Shown here: piece after piece, positions 4,859 to 5,936 of the stretch
How positions within the stretch are numbered: the first letter of the stretch is position 1
Layout: every line of letters begins with the position of its first letter
Source of the DNA: Caedimonas varicaedens
Lineage (GTDB): Bacteria; Pseudomonadota; Alphaproteobacteria; Caedimonadales; Caedimonadaceae
Direction of reading: 5' to 3'
DNA length: 5,936 bases
NCBI GenBank assembly: GCA_001192655.1
Contig: BBVC01000026.1
Span: 1 to 5,936 of the forward strand
Notes under the pieces: generated by a model
Told to the model about the DNA's origin: nothing
The model's database searches: none
What the model saw: the letters and a program-made list of their open reading frames with translations, nothing else
Program-made: the position numbers and the translations under genes

Positions 4859-5754
4859 ATTTTACGTTAGAACAACTCATGGAACGTCAACTCTCTTTAG
4901 GAGGCAGCGAGGTCGCTGTGGCTCTGGGACTTTCCCCTTGGAAAAGCCCCTACGAGCTTTACATTGAGAAAACCACCGATGATCCCTTGTCTTTCCAGTC
5001 TGCCATGAGTGCTCCCCAAGAATGGGGGCACCGATTGGAAGAAGTGGTTGCCCAGAAATATCAGGAAGAAACGGGGACAAGTCTTTTACGAGGTTTTACC
5101 TACCACTCTTTGCAATATCCGTTTCTGTCGGCAACCCCTGACCGATTGGTCTATGGCAAGAGCGGGTATGGAAAAGCCCTTCGCGGTTTAGAGATTAAAA
5201 CCGCGGATGCTCGTTGCTCCAGCAAATGGGGTGCTTCGGGTGTCACGTGGGATGGTGTGGATATTAACCAGTGTCCTATCCCTTACCACTATTACTTACA
5301 GGTGGTGGCTTATATGGCGGTGCTGGGCATGGACAGGTGGGACTTGGCGGTGCTGATCGGAGGTAATGATTATCGGGTGTATACCTTTACCCGCAATTTG
5401 GAGGTGGAACACAAGATTCTCGAAGAAGCGCGAGCATTCTGGGAAAACTTCGTAGTTCAAAAAGTAGCCCCTCCCATCGATTTTACCGCGGAAGGGGTTC
5501 AGCGCTTGATTGCTAAACTCAATACGCCCTTGCAAGACGTGGAGACTTATCTTGACCAGCATTGGACGGACAAGGTCAAGCATCTCATGGATACCTCAGA
5601 AATGGCAACCCTTGCCACCAAGAAAGTCAAGGAGATGAAAGCAGAGCTCCGTCATTTTATGGGGGATGCTTCTATCGCCAAGTTGCAAGGGGGTGGGGCT
5701 GTGTGTGTGAAGATCGCACGGGATGGCTCGTCCCGTATGACCTTTAAATCGTAA
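4855..5754 (+). CDS. YqaJ-like / lambda-exonuclease-family PD-(D/E)XK recombination nuclease (299 aa)
   Basis: All family motifs occur in order: LGGSEVAVALGLSPWKSPYELYIEK, WGHRLEEVVAQKYQEETG, SATPDRLV...GLEIKTA (the D...E-x-K catalytic core) and YYLQVVAYMAVLGMDRWDLAVL. A GGAG SD (4845-4848) lies 6 nt before the ATG. Confidence 0.85.
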   Translation: MNFTLEQLMERQLSLGGSEVAVALGLSPWKSPYELYIEKTTDDPLSFQSAMSAPQEWGHRLEEVVAQKYQEETGTSLLRGFTYHSLQYPFLSATPDRLVYGKSGYGKALRGLEIKTADARCSSKWGASGVTWDGVDINQCPIPYHYYLQVVAYMAVLGMDRWDLAVLIGGNDYRVYTFTRNLEVEHKILEEARAFWENFVVQKVAPPIDFTAEGVQRLIAKLNTPLQDVETYLDQHWTDKVKHLMDTSEMATLATKKVKEMKAELRHFMGDASIAKLQGGGAVCVKIARDGSSRMTFKS

Positions 5755-5782
5755 CAAGTATAGAAAGAAAAGGAATAAGTAA

Positions 5783-5936
5783 ATGTTGTATACTCTGAAA
5801 GATATTCATACAGATTACAAAGGTATGACGCTCATTGACGCTTCTCAAGAAGTGATCCGTCGAGCAGGAAAAGCTCTGTCTCCTGAAGAAATTATGTTTG
5901 CTTTGGAAATAGGAGGGTATGTCTTTGAAGAAGATG
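5783..5936 (+). CDS. 3'-partial ORF (51 codons in window), possible HARE-HTH-like N-terminus
   Basis: The ATG at 5783 has a weak AAAGGA SD 8 nt upstream, and there is an alternative in-frame ATG at 5825. The frame is open to the window end. MTLIDASQEVIRRAGKALSPEEIMFALEIGGYVF resembles the HARE-HTH / RNAP-delta N-terminal pattern (M.L.E.A.E.L....K.p..F.EL). The ORF is absent from the track, probably because it is short and unterminated. Confidence 0.4.
   Translation, partial: MLYTLKDIHTDYKGMTLIDASQEVIRRAGKALSPEEIMFALEIGGYVFEED

Noticed and set aside
4877-5747. Track ORFs 4877-5080 (-), 5009-5191 (+), 5296-5583 (-) and 5562-5747 (+)
   Set aside because: All are embedded in the YqaJ-family gene, whose frame carries every family motif. 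They are shadow frames.
1-5936. Search for CRISPR repeats, tRNA/rRNA-like segments, tandem repeats and the cyanobacterial HIP1 palindrome GCGATCGC (as a taxon clue)
   Set aside because: I found no regularly spaced direct repeats, no cloverleaf-like segments and no exact HIP1 site by eye. The codon style (CCC, GCC, CAA, TTG) alone is not enough to name a host, so no taxonomic claim is made.

Overview
Mosaic, phage-derived window with three blocks, all read by eye with no searches run. (1) 3-2549, + strand: a translationally coupled head-morphogenesis operon. It holds a portal-like protein open to the left window edge, a 263-aa head protein that may be a Mu gpT-like capsid protein, and a 97-aa very basic protein. 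(2) 2564-3675: an insertion-sequence scar. A 47-codon 5' stub of an IS21-family istA gene (HTH only) is cut off by a complete ~0.9-kb ISY100-like IS630/Tc1-mariner element on the - strand. That element has 29-bp imperfect terminal inverted repeats and TA flanks, and its transposase is split by an A8 run. The rest of the IS21 element is absent. The sequence right of the IS is the 3' part of an unrelated helical ORF with no usable start. (3) 4047-5936, + strand: a sigma70-like promoter with an A/T-tract UP-like region and a 26-bp palindrome, followed by a tightly packed operon. The operon encodes three tiny proteins (63, 71 and 73 aa), a clear YqaJ/lambda-exonuclease-family PD-(D/E)XK nuclease, and the start of a possible HARE-HTH-like protein that runs off the window. 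I saw no rRNA, tRNA or CRISPR array. Head genes sit about 1.6 kb from, and co-oriented with, recombination-type genes, with IS debris between them. This suggests an IS-eroded prophage or a tail-less capsid-encoding element. The small-gene/nuclease cassette is the least explained part. I cannot assign a host taxon, and all family assignments rest on remembered motifs and need HMM or BLAST confirmation.
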